A stretch of DNA of 27,956 nt, taken from positions 1-27,956 of IMG/VR virus record IMGVR_UViG_3300044580_000255. One strand, 5' to 3'. Positions 15,948-25,102 of the stretch are shown here, one piece after another (positions within the stretch are counted from its first letter, which is position 1; each line of letters begins with the position of its first letter). Origin of the DNA: a virus. Taxonomy: Duplodnaviria; Caudoviricetes. Position numbers and translations under genes: made by a program. The notes below the pieces were generated by a model that saw nothing but the letters and a program-made list of their open reading frames with translations, was not told the DNA's origin and made no database searches.

Positions 15948-16345
15948 CTGGGCTTGAGAAATTTGAGAGCGAGCGAGAGAAGATCGGAACTGCTTTGTTA
16001 GACGCCGGTTTTTCAACGGTAATGTATAACAAGGACGATATACCGAAGGAGCTGCCAGCGGGAATAGTGATATTGGACGGTGAGAAGGGCAAGAATGGCA
16101 CGGGACGGCGGTTTGTAGACACGGACATAGCCTGGACAGTATATCTGATTGTGAATGCCACCAAAGCGGAGGATCCGGATTTGGATTTATACACACTCAA
16201 AGAGGCATTCAGGGAGAAGTATCAGGCGGCGATGTTCCGGGACATACCGGAAATAGAATATTACACAAGCCGGGTGGATGGCGCAAGATTAGTGCGGGTG
16301 GCGCGACTTGCACTGCTGAAGAGCGGAATAGGAGCGAGCGAATGA
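15944..16345 (+). CDS. Probable tail terminator protein
   Basis: 133 aa, motif ELPAGIVI, and follows the gp10-like gene. The assignment is mostly positional. Confidence 0.5.
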   Translation: MTGLEKFESEREKIGTALLDAGFSTVMYNKDDIPKELPAGIVILDGEKGKNGTGRRFVDTDIAWTVYLIVNATKAEDPDLDLYTLKEAFREKYQAAMFRDIPEIEYYTSRVDGARLVRVARLALLKSGIGASE

Positions 16346-17529
16346 GAGTGATGCGGATAGGTGAAAGCAGGGTGATGATAAGCGGAGTGAGCGAACTGAT
16401 GGAGAAGAATTACCGGAGTGAAGTGGTTGATCTGAGCAAGCTGCAGCGAGTAGGTAAGCAGTTGGTGAGCAAGGCAGCGGAGCAGAAGAAGGTGTTGAGT
16501 GCTCCATACAGCATGCTCATGCTGCTGAATATGTTGGATATGGACGAGTATCACAGTGGCTGTGTGGACGCTATCTGTATGGCTACGGTAATGAAAACGG
16601 CTTGCAAAAACATCCAGGTAAACCAGTGGCTGAAAGCGGCTGAGTATCCGGGATGTGAGGACGAGACGACGATGCTGGCGGAAATGCTGAAGTTTTATCT
16701 GGCTTGTGGTAACGGATTTTTGATCAAGATGCGCAATGCGCAGGGGGAATGGATAGGACTGGAGCGGTTGTTACCAAGTGAAGTGCAGATTGTGGAGAAC
16801 TATGATGATTATGGTTTTTTCAGACCAAACTACATCCAGGTGAAGAACAGCCAAAAGAGGGATTTTGCCTATGAAGATATTGTGCATATCAAGAAGAGCA
16901 CTCACAGATCGAATGCGTGGGGTCTTGCCTGCCTGCCCATCGCTATCAATATAGAAATATTGGGCGAGATCAAGACCTTTGATTATAACAACTTCAAGAA
17001 CGGGCTGATGGTAGACTATTTTATGATTGTGGAAGGCGGAACTTTGAGAGACGGAGTAGTAACGGATGAGCAGGGCAATGAAGTGCTGACTGATGCCTAT
17101 ACCGAGATTGAAAAAGCATTAACCGAAGTTAAAGGCAATGTTAAAAGCCATTCCACAGTGCTGATTGAGAGTGAAAGTAAGGATGTAAAGATTCGGTTGG
17201 AACCACTTAGACAACAAGACAGGGAGGGTGGATTCCTGAGCTTAAAAAAGGACTTGAGAGAAGGAATATTCGCATATCACAGGGTGCCACCGCGGGTAGT
17301 GAGCCAACTGATAAGCGGGCAACTGGGCGGGGACAACAATAGTGACATGCAATTGTTTTATAATTTTGTAGTTAAACCGTTACAGAGGCGGCTGGCGCTG
17401 ACATTAGCCAATGAATTTAACTATGAGTATAATTGGAATGTAAGTGCGGATGACTGGGATTTTGGAATACTTACAGAGGAGCTATTAACCAATGACGAGA
17501 AGCTGTTTAACAGCTTACGCAACAAGTAA
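16342..17529 (+). CDS. Portal protein (PBSX/HK97-like)
   Basis: Motifs YLACGNGFL...RN..GE..GLERL, IVHIK, NNFKNG and I...HRVPP; 395 aa. Confidence 0.85.
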   Translation: MRVMRIGESRVMISGVSELMEKNYRSEVVDLSKLQRVGKQLVSKAAEQKKVLSAPYSMLMLLNMLDMDEYHSGCVDAICMATVMKTACKNIQVNQWLKAAEYPGCEDETTMLAEMLKFYLACGNGFLIKMRNAQGEWIGLERLLPSEVQIVENYDDYGFFRPNYIQVKNSQKRDFAYEDIVHIKKSTHRSNAWGLACLPIAINIEILGEIKTFDYNNFKNGLMVDYFMIVEGGTLRDGVVTDEQGNEVLTDAYTEIEKALTEVKGNVKSHSTVLIESESKDVKIRLEPLRQQDREGGFLSLKKDLREGIFAYHRVPPRVVSQLISGQLGGDNNSDMQLFYNFVVKPLQRRLALTLANEFNYEYNWNVSADDWDFGILTEELLTNDEKLFNSLRNK

Positions 17530-17537
17530 AGAAGGAG

Positions 17538-19283
17538 ATGAAGATGAGAATCTTTGAACGAGGGCGCAGGATAGTGAAGGGCGAGCTGAAAAATGTAGAT
17601 GTGGACTTAATCAGTCTGCTGTTTGACGAGATGAAGCCAGCCAATATGAAGAGCGCCGTAATCAAGAGTGCGGACGGCAAGGGGCATTACAAGCCAGTTG
17701 CCGTGAGTGCGAAGTTTAAGAGCGAGACGGTGGGCAAAGAGGGCCTACTGTATGTGACCGTGATGGAGCCGGATGTAGTGGATGCACAGGGTGACAGCTA
17801 CACTGCGGAAGAGGTGAAGAAGGCAGCCATGAACTTCCTAAAGAAGGGAGTGGTGGGCAAGAACGATGTGAACCATAACAACCAACCCGTCCCGGAGTTT
17901 GTAATCGCAGAGTCGTATATCCTCAAAAGCGAGGACAAAGAGCACTTTCCCGATACCAAGATAGGCAGTTGGGTGGCGGTGCTGAAGTGCGAGGACCTGC
18001 AGAGTGAGCTTTGGCAGAAGGTAGTGAAGGGACGATTTAACGGCGTAAGCATAGCCGGCTATGCCGAGGACAATGGAAGCAGTAATGCCGCGTTAGTAGC
18101 GGAGCTGAAGAGCCAGCTGGAAGAAATCCGGAAAGCGATCGGGGGGCAACCCAATCAGGAAACCGAAAAGGTGCTGGATAAGCTGCAGGAGAGGATCAAT
18201 GAGCTGGAGAAGGCGGACAAAGGGACCGAAACGACCCAGCTTATCAAGGCATTCACAGAAGAAATCAAGGAGCTGAGTATGGCAATTAAAAAGGCGATAT
18301 CCAAGAGCTTGAAGGGAGAACCGGAGGGGAACGAAATAAAAGACCGCGAGGTGATGATTGATGGCAACAAGGTGGTGGTAAAAAGCACCCATCGCGAGAT
18401 TTACAAAGGCATAGCGGATGTGGACAGCGGCATGGCGATGAATATCCTGACAGCCAATACCACGAGTTTGTTCATAGACGAGGTGATCGGCAGCCAGCCA
18501 GGAGACACCTTGAGCGACATCACGGTGGTTCCGCTACTCAAAGACGAGAAGATTGATGCCGGTTTGGTGCAGGATTTGGTATTCAAGAATGCACTGGACG
18601 GCAGTGTTAGCGCACAGGACATCGCAGGGGCAGACATAACCTGCCCGACCGGCATCCTGAATGCCGAGTTCACCCTCGGAAGAGATGTTGTGGAATTCTA
18701 CAAGGATAAGTATGGCGCTGATGCCTTCGGAGCTTATGTGGAGCAGCACATTGCCCGTAAAGCGGAGAAAGCGCTGCGCTTGCTACTGTTCAGAGGTGAC
18801 CGTGATAGCGGGACCGCTAACCTGAAGGGATTGAATGGAGTGATCAAGTTGGCTACGACAGCAAGTGCGATAGTGGAAATTGATGCTGAGACCAATGTGA
18901 ACTGGGACGAAAAGTTTGAGGCAGCTTTGCTGGCATTTAGCGATGCCATGCTGGAAGACCAGGAGAACTTTAAGTTCTATGTAAGCCATAAGGACCTGGT
19001 GCGAATTCGCAGTGAGATTGCCCGCAGACAAACCGTAGCCGGTGACCGTCTCTTGCTGGAAGGCGGGAATGTGAGCTTTGCCGGGATTCCCGTGAAGCCG
19101 CGTTTAATGCCAGATAACTACATAATCGGCGGATTGCCCAAGTTCATCATTTTGGGTTACCGGACTGACGCCGAAATGAAGGTGGAGCATCATGGCAGCG
19201 ACTGGAAGTATCACTGGTACATCCGCGTGAGGCCTGGGATCACATACGTTGACGGCTTTGTGAAAGTGTTCAATGTGACTTAA
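17538..19283 (+). CDS. Fused prohead protease (XkdF-like), scaffold and major capsid protein
   Basis: N-terminal V.EPD.VDAQGD....EEV.KAA..F, VAESYI-like, GSWV and W.KV.KG...G.SI.G motifs; a central coiled coil; a C-terminal HK97-like region (LLLFRGD..GLNGVIKLA). The start may be 17544. Confidence 0.82.
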   Translation: MKMRIFERGRRIVKGELKNVDVDLISLLFDEMKPANMKSAVIKSADGKGHYKPVAVSAKFKSETVGKEGLLYVTVMEPDVVDAQGDSYTAEEVKKAAMNFLKKGVVGKNDVNHNNQPVPEFVIAESYILKSEDKEHFPDTKIGSWVAVLKCEDLQSELWQKVVKGRFNGVSIAGYAEDNGSSNAALVAELKSQLEEIRKAIGGQPNQETEKVLDKLQERINELEKADKGTETTQLIKAFTEEIKELSMAIKKAISKSLKGEPEGNEIKDREVMIDGNKVVVKSTHREIYKGIADVDSGMAMNILTANTTSLFIDEVIGSQPGDTLSDITVVPLLKDEKIDAGLVQDLVFKNALDGSVSAQDIAGADITCPTGILNAEFTLGRDVVEFYKDKYGADAFGAYVEQHIARKAEKALRLLLFRGDRDSGTANLKGLNGVIKLATTASAIVEIDAETNVNWDEKFEAALLAFSDAMLEDQENFKFYVSHKDLVRIRSEIARRQTVAGDRLLLEGGNVSFAGIPVKPRLMPDNYIIGGLPKFIILGYRTDAEMKVEHHGSDWKYHWYIRVRPGITYVDGFVKVFNVT

Positions 19284-19294
19284 AGAGGTGAGAA

Positions 19295-19681
19295 ATGAAA
19301 AAAACAATAATGATAATAAGCGTGGTATTAGTGCTGATTGCGATGGGGTTGGCGGAACTGCAGGCACAGACCCTGCCAGTGGATACCCGAAAGAAAGAGA
19401 TGCAATTTCACAAGAGCTGGGAGGCACTGAAATATGCGGCTCCAGCGGATACCAGCTGGCATAAGATCACAATTCCGGCAAATACGATGGAAGTGCTGAT
19501 ACTGCCTGTTACAGGAGCTATAGGCGTGCGCCAAGATAGCACATACACGAACTTCAAATACTTTGAAATAGCTGCTGGAGTGCCAATAAAGTTACCTGCC
19601 TACAAGGCAACGAAATTCTATGTGCGCAGAACAGCAGCCGCAACCGCGAGCGTAGCCAACATATTGTTCCTAAAAATGTGA
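19295..19681 (+). CDS. Protein with an N-terminal signal peptide and a beta-rich mature domain
   Basis: Signal-like N-terminus MKKTIMIISVVLVLIAMGLAELQA-Q and a GAGGTG RBS. Confidence 0.7.
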   Translation: MKKTIMIISVVLVLIAMGLAELQAQTLPVDTRKKEMQFHKSWEALKYAAPADTSWHKITIPANTMEVLILPVTGAIGVRQDSTYTNFKYFEIAAGVPIKLPAYKATKFYVRRTAAATASVANILFLKM

Positions 19682-19689
19682 GGTGAAGA

Positions 19690-20100
19690 ATGAAGAAGCT
19701 AAAATTACTAGTGTTGATGCTGGTGCTGGTATTGCCGATGCTGGCTACGGAAGCCGCTGGCATTAAAGAGCCGAACCAGATATGGATACTGTTGGCTCCG
19801 ATTATAGCCACTATAATTACCAGCTATGGAGTTCGGCTGTTTAAATGGCTGGGCATCCCGATAGAGGATCAACTGCTTTATCCGATTATGGTGAAACTAA
19901 TAGAGATTATTGCCGGAGTGGAGGCAGCCAAAGCGGGAGAACCGGGAGCAGACAAGAAAAGCAGCGTGGTTGACCTGGCAAAAGCCAAGCTAAAGCCGAA
20001 AGAGATAAAACTGTTGAATAGACGCTTTGGCAGCATAGATACGGCGGTGCAGGCGGCATTTGAGATGAGCAGCACAGCCAAAAAGAAGAGGAGTGACTAA
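19690..20100 (+). CDS. Membrane protein, LL-H-type holin-like
   Basis: Signal/TM segment plus a second TM segment. The C-terminus VEAA....GADKK..V...A.....IDTAVQAA resembles LL-H holins. Confidence 0.5.
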   Translation: MKKLKLLVLMLVLVLPMLATEAAGIKEPNQIWILLAPIIATIITSYGVRLFKWLGIPIEDQLLYPIMVKLIEIIAGVEAAKAGEPGADKKSSVVDLAKAKLKPKEIKLLNRRFGSIDTAVQAAFEMSSTAKKKRSD

Positions 20101-20630
20101 TGGCACTAACAACACCGACATTCCCAAGTGGGACGACAGCAGCGGATTTGCTGTTTAATGCTTTAGTAGATGTGCTGGTGGCGGATAATGTTTACTATGG
20201 ACTGGGTGAATATACCGCTGCCGAAGTGGGCACCAAGTATGCAACAAAGGCATCAATGGCGACCGAAATCAGCACCTTTCTGAAGCCGCTCGGAGAGCTG
20301 GCAGAGAAGCCGGGAAAGACGGACAGCAAGATAAACAAGCTGAAGAGCCGTAACTATCAGATACCGGGCAAGCGCACTTCTACGGTGGAGCTAACGCTGA
20401 ACGGACTGAGTATGAAACAGAAGGATTATCTGGAAAGCTCCGCATTCAGCGGGGTGGTGACGACAATCCTGCTGACCAACAGAGAACAGGACAGATATAC
20501 GATCTTCAACGGCATGCGCTGGACAGTGGACTGGAGCGGAGAAGCCGATGGACTTTATACCGTAGTGATTTCAAGTGAATATTCCGGAAATACCGCAAAC
20601 AAGCTGTTTGTAGGCAAAGGTTTGGCATAA
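20100..20630 (+). CDS. Probable major tail (tube) protein
   Basis: 176 aa, beta-rich, upstream of the chaperone and tape measure genes, and followed by a strong hairpin. Confidence 0.6.
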   Translation: MALTTPTFPSGTTAADLLFNALVDVLVADNVYYGLGEYTAAEVGTKYATKASMATEISTFLKPLGELAEKPGKTDSKINKLKSRNYQIPGKRTSTVELTLNGLSMKQKDYLESSAFSGVVTTILLTNREQDRYTIFNGMRWTVDWSGEADGLYTVVISSEYSGNTANKLFVGKGLA

Positions 20631-20642
20631 GCCAAGGAATGA

Positions 20643-20666
20643 GGCCGTCCCTTAATTGGGACGGCC
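20643..20666 (+). terminator. GC-rich hairpin after the first tail tube gene (no U-tract)
   Basis: GGCCGTCCC-TTAATT-GGGACGGCC, a perfect 9-bp stem. Confidence 0.5.
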
Positions 20667-20684
20667 GTAATTAAAGGAGAAGAG

Positions 20685-21215
20685 ATGGAAGACATAGACA
20701 TGACTTTTGATATGCTGGAGCATGTGATGCCAGGGGATTATGTTTACTTTGCCTTGGGATCGGCGCTGTCACATATAAATGATATTAGCGCTATTACCAA
20801 TCAAGATATTGATGAAATCGTTCAATACATGGAATTACTTGGTGAACTTGCCGATAAACCAGGCAAAGTAGATTCTAAAATCAACCGCTTGAAGACCCGT
20901 AATTTTGCTATAGAAAGCAAACGGAACAGTGAGATTGAGCTGAATATTGTGGGCATAAGTAAAAAAAGGAAGGACTATCTGGAATCATCATTATTCCAGG
21001 AAAAAGATGTTACTATTCTTATAACAGATAAAGACAAATCTAATATAAGTATATTAACAGACCCCGGATATCGCTGTTTGTTATTTGATGCTATGCGTTG
21101 GACAGCGGATTGGAGTGCGGAAGTTGATGGTTTGTGGACGGTTGTGCTGAGCACAGCAGTTAGCGGATCGACGGCAAGCAAGATATTACCATTTACTACT
21201 ATTATACCTGAATAA
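20685..21215 (+). CDS. Paralog of the preceding tail-tube-like protein
   Basis: Shares LGELA.KPGK.DSKIN.LK.RN..I..KR.S..EL...G.S.K.KDYLESS.F and MRWT.DWS.E.DGL.TVV.S with 20100..20630. Confidence 0.7.
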   Translation: MEDIDMTFDMLEHVMPGDYVYFALGSALSHINDISAITNQDIDEIVQYMELLGELADKPGKVDSKINRLKTRNFAIESKRNSEIELNIVGISKKRKDYLESSLFQEKDVTILITDKDKSNISILTDPGYRCLLFDAMRWTADWSAEVDGLWTVVLSTAVSGSTASKILPFTTIIPE

Positions 21216-21230
21216 AGGAAGGGAGGCAAG

Positions 21231-21530
21231 ATGAAGATAAATACAAGTATCCGGACGCTTAAGGGCGTGTATGGGCTGTTTAAAGCAGCTGGACTGGCCG
21301 GGTTATTGACGGGAGAAGCCAGTGAAGTGAAGGCGAGTGAGGTGATGGATAAGCTGATAGAAGGGGGTTTGATGGTGGAGGCGATGAAGCTGATTACAGG
21401 AAGTGAAAAGCATATAGATGAGAAGCAGGTGGAGACGGACTGGGAAGATGTGCCATACGCAGTGATAAATGAGGTGCTGGTGGATTTTTTCGCCGGTATC
21501 GGCAGCGTCTCAGCGCTTGCCCGCGGGTAA
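21231..21530 (+). CDS. Tail assembly chaperone (gpG-like), with a -1 frameshift extension to 21700
   Basis: Lies between the tube and tape measure genes. Slippery site T TTT TTC at 21485..21491; the -1 frame is open to TAG at 21698..21700. Confidence 0.75.
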   Translation: MKINTSIRTLKGVYGLFKAAGLAGLLTGEASEVKASEVMDKLIEGGLMVEAMKLITGSEKHIDEKQVETDWEDVPYAVINEVLVDFFAGIGSVSALARG

Positions 21531-21704
21531 GGCAGCGTGGGAAGAAGAGATGTGCGCCGAAAGATGAGAACCCGTTTATGCGGTTGTGCTACCAATGCAT
21601 AAGTGCGTTTGGGACGATGGATTTAGAACTGGATGAAGCGATGTGGTGGCTGCAGTGGCGGAAGGAAGAGATAGATGAGATTAGGAAGAATGAGCGGTAG
21701 TCAG

Positions 21705-21797
21705 CTACTTTTTGCGGAACTTTTTAAGGCGCAGGCAGTTTGGCAACAAGTCCTGTGCCAAAAGGTAGCAAATGAACAAAGCTATGAAAGAGTCCAT
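21705..21797 (-). CDS. 30-aa hydrophobic/basic peptide MDSFIALFICYLLAQDLLPNCLRLKKFRKK
   Basis: AAGGAG lies 6 nt upstream of the ATG on the minus strand. The ORF fills the gap between the chaperone extension and the tape measure gene. Confidence 0.5.
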   Translation of the reverse strand: MDSFIALFICYLLAQDLLPNCLRLKKFRKK

Positions 21798-21830
21798 TGA
21801 TAACTCCTTAATAATAAGGTAATAGAAATT

Positions 21831-24800
21831 ATGAGTAACGCAAGCATAAATTTGACGATAGATCTGAATAGCTTCAGACAGAGTTTGACATCTGCATTTG
21901 CAATGTATAGCAAGATGATAGAAGAGATGGGCAAACAAAGCCCGATAAACGCCAAGGAGATGGAAAAAGAGCTGCGGAAGATAACCGATGCAGCGAAGGA
22001 ACCTATAAAGATCAAGGCGGAGACGGGAGGCGCAAGAATTGAGCTGCAAGAGCTAGGTAAGGAACTGGAGGCAACCAAGGAAAAGGGCGAGAGTTATTGG
22101 CAGATGAACCGAGCCGGTTTTGCATCGCTATCGCTGATTTACAATGGAGTAATGTCCGTATTCAATGATGTGACCAGGATATTTGGAGGGATGATCAATC
22201 AGCAGATTGAAGCGCAGAAAGGTATGGCAAGGGTAGAAGCGGCAGTGCGCAGCAGTGGAGCTGCAGCAGGATATACTGCAGAGCAGCTAAAGAGTTTGGC
22301 TGGTGGGCTGGAAGAGGCATTTGGATTTGATGCAGATGATATTATGAATCAGGTGACTACACCGCTATTGACATTCAGAGCTGTGAGCGGAGAGGTATTT
22401 AAGGATGCTCAGGAACAGATATTGAATATGAGCAGGGCATTGGGCATAGATTTGCAGAGTGCATCCATGCAGGTGGGTAAAGCATTGCAAGACCCGGTGG
22501 AAGGACTAACAGCCCTGAGGCGAAGCGGCGTAAGCTTTACGGATCAGCAACAGGAGATGATTCAGAGTATGAATGCAGCAGGAGATGCGGCAGGGGCACA
22601 GAAATTGATTTTGGCGGAATTGAACGCTGAATTTGGGGGGCAAGCCGCAGCATATATGGAGACAGGAGCAGGTAAACTGGAAGCATTGAAGGTGGCTTTT
22701 GACAATCTGAGCGAGAGCATTGGGGGCTTACTTTTGCCTGTGATTACCACATTGGGAGCAGTGGTGAAGCCCATTGTGGAATGGATCAGCAATATGGACA
22801 ATGCTTTTAAAGTATTGATACCGACTTTGCTATTGGCTACAGCAGCATGGTATAAATACAGCGTGGCGCAGACGGCAACAGCTACTATATCGGGAGCATT
22901 GACGGGAGCAATAGCAGCGGCGAGCGCAGCTGTTCAAGGATTTTTAACGGCTGTAGGACCTGTAGGCTGGGTGATGATGGGTGTTACTGCTGCAGTGACA
23001 GCTTGGACGGTGGCGAAGGGGCAGGCGAAGAATAAGTCAGATGAACTGGCAGAGGCGCAAAAGGGTCTGAAGGATGAGATAAAGGGAGCTCAAAACGAAG
23101 TTAGCGTGGAGGCAGAGAAGTTTAACATACTGGCAAATCGGTTGCTGGAGATAAAAGGGAAGACTGATCAGACAGCAGAGAGCAAGAAAGAGATGAAAGG
23201 CGTGATCAGCAGCTTGAATGAGAATTACGGCGAGTATCTGGGCAATATAGATTTGGAGACAGCGAGCTATGATAGATTGGCTGAGGCGTTGAGGCAAGCA
23301 TCTGCTGGGTTGATTCAGAAAAAGATAGCGGAAGTGTATGGTCAGAAATACAATACACAGGTTCAAGAGGTAGCTGAACTGCAAATAAAGCTAAATGAAC
23401 TGAGACCTGCTGCGGAAGCTGCTCAAGACAAGATGAACCAGCTTAGAGCATCTGTGGACTGGGACTTTATGACCAGTGATAAGAATGCTATGGGATTTAA
23501 TCCTGCTACCTACTTTGGCAAAGAAGATGACTGGAGTGGCTTAGAGAGGGTGGTTAATCAATTTGGAGCGCTGAGTGGTCGCTTGCAAGCTGCTAAGAAT
23601 GACTTGCAGAGCATTGGAGAGGCGTATAGGCAGGCAATGCTTAATGTTTCTGATCTGGAGTTTAAGCCAGGAGGCGAGGGCACAGATAATACAGGTAACA
23701 GTACTGCAACCCAGGCAGCGGCGGCGGCAGCCGAGGCAGAGAAGCGGGAAGCAGAACGATTGATGGCGGAGCTGGCGAAATTGCGAGAGACGGAGACGGC
23801 ACAACTGCAAGCAGAGTATGAGAAGCGCAAAGCGATAATCTTGAAATATACTGAAGACAACAGCGAGGCGGAGAAGACCGCGATTGCCAACCTGAATGCC
23901 TGGAAGGCGGAGAAAGAGGCGGAGATTACAGCACGGGAGAATGCCGGGATGCAGGAGAAATTTAGAGCCGAAGTACAGTATCTATCAAATCTGCAGGAAA
24001 TGGGAGTAAGCAGCTATGACCAGCTAAAGGCAAAGATGGAGGAGTATTACGCTTGGGCGAAAGAGAATTTAAGTGCAGAAGAAGCCGCATTAGTGCTGAA
24101 ACAACAGCAGGAAAGCAATTTGCGATGGGGAGAGCATCAAAAAGAGAGGGAAGAGAAAGAGCGAGCTCATCAGAGAACATTGGCGGACATCAAGAGAGAG
24201 TGGAATGACCGAAATAAAAGCGAAGAAGAGCAGGATCTGAACGAGCAGTTGGTTGAGTTGGAGCGTCATTTTGAGGATCAAAAGGCGTTGATGATCCAAG
24301 CTGGGATGAGTGAGCTGGAGATTGAACAGTGGAAGGCAGACGAAAAAGAGCGGATAACCACTGAATCTGAAGAAAAAATCCAAAAAATGAAGCTGAGCTT
24401 AGCGAGCAGTTCACTAAACCAAATGAGCGGAGTTTTGGGTAAATTTGGGGATGCTCAAAATAAGGAGAGCAAGCGAGGGTTTAAGACCTGGAAAGCGATG
24501 GCAACGGCACAGGCAATAGTGGATATGGCTTCCGCAGTATTAGGAGCATTCAAATCCCAGATTGCAATTCCGATAATAGGTCCTATATTGGCGGCGGCTC
24601 AGGCTGCAGCAGCATTAGCATTTGGATCGAAGCAGATATCGGAAATCCAAAAAACAGAATATGAGCCACCACAAGCAGCAGAGGGAGGATATCTGGAGGG
24701 ACCATCGCACAGGGAAGGCGGGACAATCATAGAGGTTGAAGGTGGTGAGTATATGATCAGGAAAAGCCGGGTGAGCGAGTTGGGCAAGAATATATTTGAT

Positions 24801-25100
24801 TTTATAAATAACGGACCAATTGCGAAGGTGAGAGAGCTATTCGCGGGGATGGCGCTACCGGCGATTGAGTTTAATGCGGCTTACGCTACAGACGGGGGCG
24901 GGAGCTATTCATTTGCGGGGGGCGGAAGCGTGCCGGGCAATAACATAGTGAGCACGCTGCTGAGCTCATTGGATGATAAAATGGGGCAGCTATTGGAGAA
25001 GAAAATCGGGTTTGACATTCACATTGATCCGTTGGATACGAATCCAGTGCGGGTTAGCGAGATAGCCGACGCTGGAAGGCAGATGCGGAGCGAGGTGTAG
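21831..25100 (+). CDS. Tail tape measure protein
   Basis: 1089 aa, helical and Ala/Glu-rich, motif A..QVGKALQDP..GLTALRRSGV.F, hydrophobic segments, and C-terminal A.GG...GPSH..GG...E.EGGE. Confidence 0.92.
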   Translation: MSNASINLTIDLNSFRQSLTSAFAMYSKMIEEMGKQSPINAKEMEKELRKITDAAKEPIKIKAETGGARIELQELGKELEATKEKGESYWQMNRAGFASLSLIYNGVMSVFNDVTRIFGGMINQQIEAQKGMARVEAAVRSSGAAAGYTAEQLKSLAGGLEEAFGFDADDIMNQVTTPLLTFRAVSGEVFKDAQEQILNMSRALGIDLQSASMQVGKALQDPVEGLTALRRSGVSFTDQQQEMIQSMNAAGDAAGAQKLILAELNAEFGGQAAAYMETGAGKLEALKVAFDNLSESIGGLLLPVITTLGAVVKPIVEWISNMDNAFKVLIPTLLLATAAWYKYSVAQTATATISGALTGAIAAASAAVQGFLTAVGPVGWVMMGVTAAVTAWTVAKGQAKNKSDELAEAQKGLKDEIKGAQNEVSVEAEKFNILANRLLEIKGKTDQTAESKKEMKGVISSLNENYGEYLGNIDLETASYDRLAEALRQASAGLIQKKIAEVYGQKYNTQVQEVAELQIKLNELRPAAEAAQDKMNQLRASVDWDFMTSDKNAMGFNPATYFGKEDDWSGLERVVNQFGALSGRLQAAKNDLQSIGEAYRQAMLNVSDLEFKPGGEGTDNTGNSTATQAAAAAAEAEKREAERLMAELAKLRETETAQLQAEYEKRKAIILKYTEDNSEAEKTAIANLNAWKAEKEAEITARENAGMQEKFRAEVQYLSNLQEMGVSSYDQLKAKMEEYYAWAKENLSAEEAALVLKQQQESNLRWGEHQKEREEKERAHQRTLADIKREWNDRNKSEEEQDLNEQLVELERHFEDQKALMIQAGMSELEIEQWKADEKERITTESEEKIQKMKLSLASSSLNQMSGVLGKFGDAQNKESKRGFKTWKAMATAQAIVDMASAVLGAFKSQIAIPIIGPILAAAQAAAALAFGSKQISEIQKTEYEPPQAAEGGYLEGPSHREGGTIIEVEGGEYMIRKSRVSELGKNIFDFINNGPIAKVRELFAGMALPAIEFNAAYATDGGGSYSFAGGGSVPGNNIVSTLLSSLDDKMGQLLEKKIGFDIHIDPLDTNPVRVSEIADAGRQMRSEV

Positions 25101-25102
25101 AG

